Shown here in pieces: positions 1-7,577 of a DNA stretch of 24,456 nucleotides. The notes under the pieces were generated by a model. The model did no database searches. It worked only from the letters and a program-made list of their open reading frames with translations, and had not been told where the DNA came from. A program made the position numbers and the translations under genes. Each line of letters begins with the position of its first letter. Position 1 is the stretch's first letter. The DNA comes from a virus (Duplodnaviria > Caudoviricetes): positions 1 to 24,456 of IMG/VR virus record IMGVR_UViG_3300043442_000977; one strand, written 5' to 3'.

Positions 1-1
1 T

Positions 2-658
2 CTCCAATATGCCACTGGCACTGTTAAGGCTGCGTTTCCTGGCGCTAACCACACCATCTACTCAAAAGAAAGCTTGAGACAGTTCATAGCCGACAACTAT
101 GACACTGAAGTGCTCTGGGCTTACGATACGCTTCGTCCTTATTCGTACAAGGCAGACCTTGGGCGCTTTTGCTTGCTGAACAAGCTTGGCGGATGGTACA
201 TGGATATTGCCATCAGAATGGTAAACCCAGTGGAGATCGGCCCTCGTATTAAGATGCTTGCCTTTCGCGACATTCAGCGCTTTAGCTTCACTTCTTGGGC
301 CTGTGCCACCACTGTCCTCTATTCACAACCGGGCAATGCCGCACTGTCCACGGCAATTCAACTGATTGTTAAAAATTGCCACGAACAGTACTACGGCATC
401 ACTCCATTGTGCCCAACTGGACCAACTCTTCTGGGGCAAGCGCTTGCAATGAATGCAGGGCAGGCAGATTTTATTTATGGTGACTATCTCGAACTCACTC
501 CCACTCATGAGCAGAAGAATCGAGCCTTTGTCTTGCCGGATGGCACGATCATGGCATGGAGCAAGCCTTCTGGCGGTGGCGACCTGACCGGCGTAGGCGC
601 AAAAGGCGTTAACAATTACAATGAGCTGTGGGCGCAACGCAAGGTTTATGAAGCCTGA
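2..658 (+). CDS. Glycosyltransferase, GT32/Och1-like sugar-binding (DXD-type) family; 5' partial
   Basis: The frame is open from base 2 (LQYATGTVKAAFPGANHTIYSKESLRQFIADNY...), so the gene starts before the window. The motifs 'YSYKADLGRFCLLNKLGGWYMDI' and 'PTGPTLLG' match the xSDxxRxxxLxxxGGxYxD / TGP pattern of this family. The DxD position reads DIA. Confidence 0.8.
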   Translation, partial: LQYATGTVKAAFPGANHTIYSKESLRQFIADNYDTEVLWAYDTLRPYSYKADLGRFCLLNKLGGWYMDIAIRMVNPVEIGPRIKMLAFRDIQRFSFTSWACATTVLYSQPGNAALSTAIQLIVKNCHEQYYGITPLCPTGPTLLGQALAMNAGQADFIYGDYLELTPTHEQKNRAFVLPDGTIMAWSKPSGGGDLTGVGAKGVNNYNELWAQRKVYEA

Positions 659-1361
659 AGACTGGACCATTTACACGGCAAAACTCAAGCATCAAGCCAT
701 CACATATTCATCGCCAGCAACCATCGTTCCCATGGTTGTCAATGCTCATTCTCTGAGCGATGAGGAACGTCTTGCTCTGGCGAATGAAGGACACGCTTTT
801 GATGACGAAGGTTATCACATTTCGCAACTAAACCCTTTCTTTTGCGAACTTACTTCTGTATACTGGGCAATCAATAATTCAACTGAAAGTTACATTGGCA
901 ATGCTCATTATCGACGCAAGTGGAAAGATGCTGACATTGAAAACTCTGAGGACAATGTTTTATATGTGAGCGATCCCGCCTATTTTTCCTGCACATTGGC
1001 AGAGCAATTTCTTGGCGGCCATAACGGCTTTGATGCTCCTGCAATGACAGTCGGGCTAGCCGAGCGTGGCATGTTGCCGTTTTCTCCCAGCGAAATGCGT
1101 GCTGTATGGAACCAGAAGGTCTTCCATGGTTGCGAAATGGCTCGTGGTCCCGCCTCTCATTACAAAGCTTTTATGAATCTGCTTTTTGATTGTTTGTGGC
1201 CTTTCTGGTACGAGCACCGTGATGAAATAGAGGCGATGGAAGGATACAACAGAAGAATGATGGGCTTTGTTGGCGAGCGAATGATGACGGGGCTTATTCT
1301 GATGAGGGAAAAGTTCTTTGATTTCAATATCATGACTTCAGTCGTTGAATACAAGCCATGA
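648..1361 (+). CDS. DUF4422 (GT111-like, WbbM N-domain type) putative galactofuranosyltransferase
   Basis: The motifs 'ISQLNPFFCELTSVYWAINN', 'YIGNAHYRR' and 'RRMMGFVGER' match the DUF4422 pattern (NPxxCELTxxYW, GxxHYRR, RxxGFxxER). ATG 648 overlaps the end of the previous gene and is preferred over 621. Confidence 0.8.
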   Translation: MKPEDWTIYTAKLKHQAITYSSPATIVPMVVNAHSLSDEERLALANEGHAFDDEGYHISQLNPFFCELTSVYWAINNSTESYIGNAHYRRKWKDADIENSEDNVLYVSDPAYFSCTLAEQFLGGHNGFDAPAMTVGLAERGMLPFSPSEMRAVWNQKVFHGCEMARGPASHYKAFMNLLFDCLWPFWYEHRDEIEAMEGYNRRMMGFVGERMMTGLILMREKFFDFNIMTSVVEYKP

Positions 1362-1990
1362 TTTCGCAGCAGACTCTGGACGAAGTAAAGAGCCTTAAAC
1401 AGCTTTCGAAGGAGCCTTTGTTTTGGGTGATGGAGAATTGCAAGCCCACAGATGGCGACGATTTACTATGGCTTGAATTTGGCGTGTGGAAAGGAGCAAG
1501 TATCAATTATTTTGGCCAATTCACTCGACAAATTGTTTATGGGTTTGACAGTTTTGAAGGGCTGCCGGAAAAGTGGCGCACTGGTTTTGGAGAGGGGCAT
1601 TTTTCCATGGACGGAAAATTTCCAAATGTCAGGGACAACGTGACATTGATTAAGGGATGGTTCGACCAATCGTTGCCAGTTTTTCTGGCTGATCAGCAAA
1701 ATCGAAGCATTTCATTTGTGCATTTTGATGCTGACCTTTATTCATCTACGGCGTTTGTTCTTTCGTCCATCGCCCTTCGGCTAGCTCCAGATGCAATTTT
1801 CGTGTTTGACGAGCTGATCAACTATGAAGGTTTTGATGGGGAAAACGGAGAGCTAAAGGCCTGGGATGAATTTATTCAAAAGTACGATGTCCAATATTCC
1901 TGGATCGGAGGGCATGGAGAATTCGGAGACCATAAAACTTGCAATGAAAAAGCAGCCGTGAGGATTCACAGTGTCAAGCCCAAAGTATGA
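1358..1990 (+). CDS. Class I SAM-dependent O-methyltransferase, TylF/MycF-like
   Basis: Motifs LEFGVWKGAS, YGFDSFEGLPE, LIKGWFDQSLP, FVHFDADLYSST and FVFDE. ATGA overlap with the upstream stop. Confidence 0.85.
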   Translation: MISQQTLDEVKSLKQLSKEPLFWVMENCKPTDGDDLLWLEFGVWKGASINYFGQFTRQIVYGFDSFEGLPEKWRTGFGEGHFSMDGKFPNVRDNVTLIKGWFDQSLPVFLADQQNRSISFVHFDADLYSSTAFVLSSIALRLAPDAIFVFDELINYEGFDGENGELKAWDEFIQKYDVQYSWIGGHGEFGDHKTCNEKAAVRIHSVKPKV

Positions 1991-3098
1991 TTTCTTGATT
2001 GTCGGAAGTGGCATGTTTGGGGCAGTCTTTGCTCGCCTTGCCACCAATGCTGGCTATCGCTGCTTGGTTATTGACCGAAGAAAGCACATAGGAGGCAATT
2101 GCTACACTGAGAACAGGGAAGGCATTGATGTGCATTTGTACGGTCCTCATATTTTCCACACAAGCAACGAAACAGTTTGGCAATTTGTCAATCAATTTGC
2201 ACGCTTCAATGGTTTTGTCAATTCTCCTAAGGCCTTTGTAGACGGAAAATTGTATTCACTTCCGTTCTCAATGAATACGTTTCATGAGCTATGGGGACCA
2301 GCGGTAATCTCCCCTGAAGACGCAATGCAAATGATTGAAAAGGAGCGATGGAAAGGAGTGCCCACCAATCTTGAAGAGCAAGCGCTGTCAATGGTTGGCC
2401 AGAGTATCTACGAAAAGCTGATCAAGGGGTACACGGAAAAGCAATGGGGAAGAAAGGCCGTTGATTTGCCTTCATCGATCATTAAGCGATTGCCATTGCG
2501 CTTCACGTTTGATAGTAATTATTTCAACGATAAATATCAAGGGATACCCACGGAAGGATACACTTGCATGTTTGAACGCATGCTTGACGGCATCGAAATA
2601 GTCCTTGATACTGATTTTTTGGCTGCTCGCAGTTTTTGGAGAGATCAAAGTAATTACATTGTGTACACAGGGTGTATCGACGAATTTTTTGACTACAGGC
2701 TTGGACGGTTAAATTATCGCACGCTTGATTTTGCGCATCGCACAATAGATTGTGCAAATTATCAAGGAAATGCCGTTATCAACTTTCCATCCGTGAGGGT
2801 GCCATTTACTCGTCGAATAGAGCACAGGCATTTCAACGAGACGAAGAGCGCTGTAACGATCGTCACCAAGGAAACGCCCAGGGAATGCGAACCAGGAGAC
2901 ATTCCCTACTATCCCATCGCTACTGAAGACAATCTTTCCATTCATCGTCAGTATCAAGAACTAGCGAAAGAGGAGAGGGGTGTTATTTTTGGCGGAAGAC
3001 TTGCCGAATACAAATACATGGATATGCATGTTGTCATTGAAAGCGCCATGAACAAATGGCGAACATGGCAAAAAGCAAATGCTACGATGGTGGAATAA
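1971..3098 (+). CDS. glf: UDP-galactopyranose mutase
   Basis: FAD-binding IVGSGMFG, HIGGNCY, HLYGPHIFHTSN, GYTEKQWG, RLPLRFTFDSNYFNDKYQGIP, PYYP and GRLAEYKYMDMH. The 375-aa length is typical. Confidence 0.97.
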   Translation: MSSPKYDFLIVGSGMFGAVFARLATNAGYRCLVIDRRKHIGGNCYTENREGIDVHLYGPHIFHTSNETVWQFVNQFARFNGFVNSPKAFVDGKLYSLPFSMNTFHELWGPAVISPEDAMQMIEKERWKGVPTNLEEQALSMVGQSIYEKLIKGYTEKQWGRKAVDLPSSIIKRLPLRFTFDSNYFNDKYQGIPTEGYTCMFERMLDGIEIVLDTDFLAARSFWRDQSNYIVYTGCIDEFFDYRLGRLNYRTLDFAHRTIDCANYQGNAVINFPSVRVPFTRRIEHRHFNETKSAVTIVTKETPRECEPGDIPYYPIATEDNLSIHRQYQELAKEERGVIFGGRLAEYKYMDMHVVIESAMNKWRTWQKANATMVE

Positions 3099-3111
3099 GA
3101 TTGTTCCGACC

Positions 3112-3372
3112 ATGACTAAGAAGCAAAAGCAAGCGAAAATCTCCAAAGTCATGAAAGAATTCAAGGCCGGTACCTTGAAGAGCAGCAGCGGACAGCCAAT
3201 CACCAATTACAAACAGGCAGTTGCAATTGCATTGTCTGAAGCTGGCATGACCATGAAAAAGAAAGATGCCAGCGAGGAATACATGCGTGCATTCATTCGC
3301 CAAGTGCTTCAAGAAGAAGAAGCAATGGAAGAGGAAGAGGGTTGCATGGAAGACTCAATGGGAAAGTCCTGA
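3112..3372 (+). CDS. DUF6496-like small protein (basic N-half, acidic C-half); short product of a putative -1 frameshift gene
   Basis: 'KISKVMKEFKAGTLKSSSGQPITNYKQAVAIALSEAG' resembles the DUF6496 pattern. ATG 3112 follows the glf stop. The gene ends ATG GGA AAG TCC TGA. Confidence 0.7.
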   Translation: MTKKQKQAKISKVMKEFKAGTLKSSSGQPITNYKQAVAIALSEAGMTMKKKDASEEYMRAFIRQVLQEEEAMEEEEGCMEDSMGKS

Positions 3373-3719
3373 GGGGGGACGCTGAATCGTTCTCCCCTCC
3401 ATCGTCTGTTCGGTCTGCAGCGCGTCGCGGCCTTGAACTACGCAAGAAGCATGGCAAAGGCGGTCTAACCACGCAGGAAGCCGGCAAACAAGGCATTGGG
3501 AGCGGAGTGGCAAGAGCTTCGGACCTGGCCAGTGGCAGCGCATTGAGCTACGCCACAATCAAGCGCATGTCAGCATTCTTTTCTCGTCACGAGAAAAACA
3601 AGAGCGGCGGAGAAAATGATGCTGGCTACATTGCTTGGCTCCTTTGGGGCGGAGATGCTGGTAGGGCTTGGGCAAATCGCATCATTAAGATGGTTGAAAG
3701 CCGCGAAAAGGGCCAATGA
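3342..3719 (+). CDS. Phage head-region domain of unknown function ('WLLWGGDAG' motif); probably expressed as the -1 frameshift extension of 3112-3372
   Basis: The PPxxVRxAARRGL...GVARAxDL...TIKRMxxFFxRHE...IAWLLWGGDAGRAWA pattern resembles a domain I recall from phage head-morphogenesis proteins. The only start upstream of the domain is TTG 3342. Confidence 0.7.
   Translation: MHGRLNGKVLRGDAESFSPPSSVRSAARRGLELRKKHGKGGLTTQEAGKQGIGSGVARASDLASGSALSYATIKRMSAFFSRHEKNKSGGENDAGYIAWLLWGGDAGRAWANRIIKMVESREKGQ
3360..3399 (+). other. Putative programmed -1 ribosomal frameshift signal (G_GGA_AAG plus downstream hairpin)
   Basis: In-frame heptamer GGGAAAG at 3360-3366, 4-nt spacer, then hairpin GAGGGGGGACG-CTGAAT-CGTTCTCCCCTC (3371-3399, about 11 bp with one G-U pair and one bulge). 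The -1 frame is the open 3342-3719 ORF. Confidence 0.7.
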
Positions 3720-4027
3720 GCGAATACGTCCGTGTGATTGAAGAGGAAGAAGAAGATGGCATCGGCCTCCTGAAGGCTCTGGCAATCCTTTCGGCTCACG
3801 AGCATCGCAGCACTTCGCACTGGCGTCTTGTCGAGCGACAGCATTTTAAGAATGGTCGCCTTGACGAAACGCATATTTTTGTCGAAAGCTTTTACGAAAA
3901 GCCGGACGAGCATTTCGAGCCAGTCAAGATGCTCACCTTCGAGGCCGAGGCTATTGCCAAGGCTTATGTAATGGAAAGCATCGAAAATCAAATTCGCGAC
4001 ATTCAAGAAGAAGACGACGAAGATTGA
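3716..4027 (+). CDS. Hypothetical acidic protein (103 aa)
   Basis: ATGA coupling to the previous stop. Acidic ends (EEEEED, EEDDED). No family recognised. Confidence 0.7.
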   Translation: MSEYVRVIEEEEEDGIGLLKALAILSAHEHRSTSHWRLVERQHFKNGRLDETHIFVESFYEKPDEHFEPVKMLTFEAEAIAKAYVMESIENQIRDIQEEDDED

Positions 4028-4299
4028 GCCGCATTGACAACAAAGTTGGGCATTCCCAGCATCCACAGGACGGATATTCCATACAATCCGCTTAAAGTGG
4101 CTAGCTGAACCGCTGATGGCTCGGAATCGCCGCGCTCCATTCTGCAATAAGTCGCTTGCGAAACGTGCAGTGTGCTTGCTACGTGGCGCTGAGACAGTCC
4201 GCTGTTTTCTCTTAAGTTTCGCATCCTTGATGCAACCAACAATCTTCGCTCTGGATGCGGCATTTTTAGCGCGTTGGTTTTTTCTGTGAAAAGTTTCAT
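4003..4299 (-). CDS. XRE/Cro-C1 family helix-turn-helix transcriptional regulator (98 aa)
   Basis: 'RMRNLRENSGLSQRHVASTLHVSQATYCRMERGDSEPSAVQLATLSGLYGISVLWMLG' is a classic HTH_3 pattern. ATG at 4299 overlaps the TGA of the upstream endonuclease (ATGA), so it is preferred over 4398. Confidence 0.9.
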   Translation of the reverse strand: MKLFTEKTNALKMPHPERRLLVASRMRNLRENSGLSQRHVASTLHVSQATYCRMERGDSEPSAVQLATLSGLYGISVLWMLGMPNFVVNAAQSSSSSS

Positions 4300-4826
4300 G
4301 GCAAAAAGTGTTTGGTTATCGTCCATCCAGCGGCATTTTCCCGCTCGCCCTTTAAAACCTTTTGAAGGTTCGCTCGTTGCAACCCATGACTGCGACACGT
4401 TTTTCGTAAATTTTGAGTGACAATAATTTTTCCATCGGGGGATCGAAGGCAGAAATAGAAGCCTCGGGCACCTCCGGACATTGATCGACTGATTTTGGAC
4501 GCCCTGATAAGCTTTTCTTTTTCACCCATCCTCGAATACCATTCTGGATCGCATTGAAACTTTGCGCTTGTTTGCTTTGCCCGATTCGCAAAGTGCGGAT
4601 TTTTGTGCACTTCGTAGAAATCATGCAATACAATTTCTGCCTCTAAAGCTTCTTTGCTTGTCTCAAAAGTTGCAAGAACAATTTTTTGCGTGGGCCTGAA
4701 AGTTTTATCGCTAAAGCTTCCGAGATAAGGGTCGTCGTCGGGAGCACAGGAGGAGCTGCGCTTCCCGATGTAGCCCCTTCCCCACTCTTCGTAAGAGTAA
4801 TAGACGTAGTGCCAAGTCGCCGTCAC
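4296..4826 (-). CDS. Free-standing GIY-YIG (Seg-like) homing endonuclease with a C-terminal DNA-binding helix module
   Basis: HYVY...GYIGKR, DPYLGS, EALEAE (catalytic Glu helix) and HFAN. The C-terminal 'NLRKTCRSHGLQRANLQKVLKGER...GW' resembles NUMOD1/HTH tails. Confidence 0.8.
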   Translation of the reverse strand: MTATWHYVYYSYEEWGRGYIGKRSSSCAPDDDPYLGSFSDKTFRPTQKIVLATFETSKEALEAEIVLHDFYEVHKNPHFANRAKQTSAKFQCDPEWYSRMGEKEKLIRASKISRSMSGGARGFYFCLRSPDGKIIVTQNLRKTCRSHGLQRANLQKVLKGERENAAGWTITKHFLP

Positions 4827-4885
4827 CGATTCGCCTATGAATCACAGCTTGTAGTTTAATACATTTTTCTCTTTAGTATGTGACT
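4827..4885. promoter_or_regulatory. Divergent promoter region with candidate -10 boxes and an imperfect palindrome
   Basis: AT-rich gap between divergent genes. TAGTAT (+, 4874-4879), TAAACT (-, 4858-4853), TGTA-N6-TACA at 4850-4863 and GATTC-N6-GAATC at 4828-4843. Confidence 0.5.
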
Positions 4886-6082
4886 ATGGATTCACGCTCC
4901 TGCTTTCGCTACGACGTATCCCAAATCAGTGATTATCAAATCACGGAGGAGGGCTACCTAAAGGTTCGTGCTCGCATTGCGCGCACGGGTATTCAGTCGT
5001 ATACGGATGCAAGTGGTGGCATCCGCTTGGAATACCGCCCTGAAACTGAAGTTGCTTCTCAAGAGGCTCTTGATAGTTTCAAGGAAAAGTGTTTAACCAA
5101 AGAGCATCCCCCGGTGTTGCTCGATGCGTCAAACACAAAGGATTATGCAGTTGGCTTTACAAGTGCAGATGTCTCGTATTCCGATGGCTTCGTTGAATCC
5201 ACTTTAACAGTCACTGACAAGGACACCATTGAGGAAATCATGCGCGGCGACGTTCGCGAGGTTTCCTGTGGATACAAGGTCGATTATGTTGACGAAGCTG
5301 GCATTACGCCAGACGGTCAACATTACGACGGTTACCAAAGAAACATTCGCGGTAACCATGTGGCCATTGTCAAAAGAGCCAGAGGCGGTCCAAGTGTTCG
5401 TCTCATGCTCGACTCAGCGGATGCCGCTGTGACCGAATTGCTTACCTCTATTCAAGGAGAAATTATGTCGGCAAACATTGTGTTTGACGGCGTTTCTTTT
5501 GAGGCAGATTCCGCCCTTGCAGCCGCCATTACGGCTGAGCGTGAAGACGCGAAGGCGACTTATGCTGATATGAAACGCAAATATGATGAAATGATGGCCG
5601 AAGCTTCCAAAATGAAGGAAGAAATGGACGCCATGGGCAAGGAAATGAAGGGCAAATGCGACGCTGCCGAAGGTCGCGCTGACGCCCTCGAGCAAGAGCT
5701 TGAATCAATGAAGCTTGAGCTTGATGCTGCTAAGGAAGTGAATCTCGATTCGCTTGTTGAAGAGCGCGTTGCCTTGATTGATAAAGCTCGCACCACCCTG
5801 GATAGCGAGTTTGATTTTGCTGGCAAGAGTGCCCGCGAAGTCATGGAGGCTGCCATCAAGGCAGTTCGTGGCGATGCCCTGGATCTGTCGGAGCGTTCCG
5901 ACGATTATGTGCAAGCCATGTTCGACACGCTGGCTGAACTGCCCCGCGCTGATTCTGCTGCCACTGACGAACTCCGTAAGGCAGTGGCTTCCATTGCCAC
6001 TCCGGCTTCTGCTCCTTCTTCCTATATGGAGAAGATTCAGAACGCTTGGAAATCTCCCCTTTCTGTTACTAAGGAGCGCTGA
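4886..6082 (+). CDS. DUF2213 prohead protease fused to a coiled-coil scaffold domain
   Basis: N-terminal 'TEEGYL...IARTGIQ.Y...YRP..EV...LTKEHP...EVSCGY...QRNIRGNHVAIVKRARGG' is the DUF2213 signature. The C-half is acidic and heptad-like. The start could be GTG 4880 or ATG 4886. Confidence 0.88.
   Translation: MDSRSCFRYDVSQISDYQITEEGYLKVRARIARTGIQSYTDASGGIRLEYRPETEVASQEALDSFKEKCLTKEHPPVLLDASNTKDYAVGFTSADVSYSDGFVESTLTVTDKDTIEEIMRGDVREVSCGYKVDYVDEAGITPDGQHYDGYQRNIRGNHVAIVKRARGGPSVRLMLDSADAAVTELLTSIQGEIMSANIVFDGVSFEADSALAAAITAEREDAKATYADMKRKYDEMMAEASKMKEEMDAMGKEMKGKCDAAEGRADALEQELESMKLELDAAKEVNLDSLVEERVALIDKARTTLDSEFDFAGKSAREVMEAAIKAVRGDALDLSERSDDYVQAMFDTLAELPRADSAATDELRKAVASIATPASAPSSYMEKIQNAWKSPLSVTKER
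5465..6082 (+). CDS. Putative nested in-frame scaffold protein (205 aa) from an internal start
   Basis: AAGGAG at 5454-5459 lies 5 nt before the in-frame ATG 5465, at the protease/coiled-coil boundary. Confidence 0.55.
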   Translation: MSANIVFDGVSFEADSALAAAITAEREDAKATYADMKRKYDEMMAEASKMKEEMDAMGKEMKGKCDAAEGRADALEQELESMKLELDAAKEVNLDSLVEERVALIDKARTTLDSEFDFAGKSAREVMEAAIKAVRGDALDLSERSDDYVQAMFDTLAELPRADSAATDELRKAVASIATPASAPSSYMEKIQNAWKSPLSVTKER

Positions 6083-6084
6083 TT

Positions 6085-6645
6085 ATGGCCGTCACCTTTA
6101 CCACTTCGGGGACCGCTTCTGCTGGTGGTGTGCAACAGAGCTATGCTCTGACTCACACGGCTCTGCTGGAAGGTCAGCTCTCCGACATTCGCGACAACAC
6201 CATTGGCACCTACGTCAACCAGACCAGCGCTGTGCTGGCTTTTGGTAATGTGGTTGTCTACAACTCTGGCGGCACTGTCGCCAACTCGGCAGCTACCATT
6301 TCGGGCACTGGCGACGTTGTTCTTGGTATTAACGTCCTCACCTATGTTGACGAAACCGCTCTTGATTCCAACAGCCGTCCCGGCGTGAAGGACAAGCAAG
6401 TGGCAAACATTGCCAACGAAGGTGCTGTTGCCGTTTATGTTACTGGCGCCGTCACCCCTGCTTCGCCTGTTCGCGTGCTGTATTCGGCAAGCGGCACTGG
6501 CAAGGCTGGTCAGTTCAGCCATGCTTTCGCTTCTGGCAAGACTCTCCGCCTGTCCAATGCTCGTTTCCTCACCTCTACCACTGGTAGCGGCCTGGCCATT
6601 CTCGAGCTGAATGGTCCCAGCTTCACCCTTTCCGCTGATTCCTGA
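6085..6645 (+). CDS. Capsid decoration/cement protein
   Basis: Lies between the protease and the major capsid gene. G/T/S/A/V-rich beta-type sequence, AAGGAG RBS and strong codon bias. Confidence 0.7.
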   Translation: MAVTFTTSGTASAGGVQQSYALTHTALLEGQLSDIRDNTIGTYVNQTSAVLAFGNVVVYNSGGTVANSAATISGTGDVVLGINVLTYVDETALDSNSRPGVKDKQVANIANEGAVAVYVTGAVTPASPVRVLYSASGTGKAGQFSHAFASGKTLRLSNARFLTSTTGSGLAILELNGPSFTLSADS

Positions 6646-6659
6646 TAGGAGGCATCACA

Positions 6660-7577
6660 ATGACGACTGATTTTCGTATGGATGAGGCGGGGCTGTTTCT
6701 TGAGCGTCAGCTTGAGTACATCCGCCCTCAGGTGTTTGAAGTTGAGTATGCCGACATCAAATACCCCACCATTCTGCCTGTGACCAGCGAGGCTGGTAAC
6801 GCTGCGCAAACCTTCACCTACCGCATCATGGACTCCACTGGTGAGTTCCGTCTGATTGCGGATGCTGCTGACGATCTGCCCCGTGCTGACGTTAGCCAAG
6901 TGGAGAAGAGCATCAACATTCGTTCCTTTGGCGGCAGCTTCGGCTACACCGTTCAGGAACTGCGTGCTGCTCAAATGGCCAATGTCGCCCTAGAGCAGCG
7001 TCGTGCTGCTGCTGTGCGTCGTGCCTATGAAGAGAAAGTTGAAAACGTCGCCATGTTTGGCGAAAGCTCAGTTGGTCTGGCTGGCTTCTTCAACAACAGC
7101 ACTGTTGACGTGATTGCCACTGACCGTTGGTTCACTGGCACCACTGCTAGCGGCACCGCTCAGGACATGCTGGAACTGCTGAACTATGGCGTGAGCGCCA
7201 TCATCAGTGCTTCCAAAATGAAGGAGCAGCCCGACACCATCCTCATGGCCTATGAGGACTACAACAAGGTGAGCACCACTCGTAACAGTGACTCTTCGGA
7301 CGTGACTGTTCTCGAGTATTTCCTGCGCACCAACCCCTACATCCGCAACGTTGAGCCCATCAACCAGCTTGACGCGGACAATAGCGTGCTCAACACCAAC
7401 CGCATGGTTGTGTACAAGCGCGATCCTCAGAAGGTGCAACTGCACATTCCGCAGCCTCTCGAGCTGTTCCCCCCGCAACAGCGTAGTCTGGAATTCATCG
7501 TTCCCGCTCATGCCCGCGTGGGTGGTGTCGCTCTCTACTACCCCAAGAGCGTCATCTACCTTCAGGCTTCTGCCTGA
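6660..7577 (+). CDS. Major capsid protein, DUF2184 (HK97 fold)
   Basis: FLERQLEYI, GYTVQELRAAQ...EQRRAAAVRRAYEE, GLAGFFNN and RVGGVALYYP are DUF2184-type motifs. GGAGG RBS and strongly C/T-ending codons. Confidence 0.9.
   Translation: MTTDFRMDEAGLFLERQLEYIRPQVFEVEYADIKYPTILPVTSEAGNAAQTFTYRIMDSTGEFRLIADAADDLPRADVSQVEKSINIRSFGGSFGYTVQELRAAQMANVALEQRRAAAVRRAYEEKVENVAMFGESSVGLAGFFNNSTVDVIATDRWFTGTTASGTAQDMLELLNYGVSAIISASKMKEQPDTILMAYEDYNKVSTTRNSDSSDVTVLEYFLRTNPYIRNVEPINQLDADNSVLNTNRMVVYKRDPQKVQLHIPQPLELFPPQQRSLEFIVPAHARVGGVALYYPKSVIYLQASA

Noticed and set aside
4850-4863. Possible NtcA or CRP site
   Set aside because: The spacing is GTA-N6-TAC rather than the NtcA GTA-N8-TAC, and it does not match TGTGA-N6-TCACA. 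Kept only as an unnamed palindrome.
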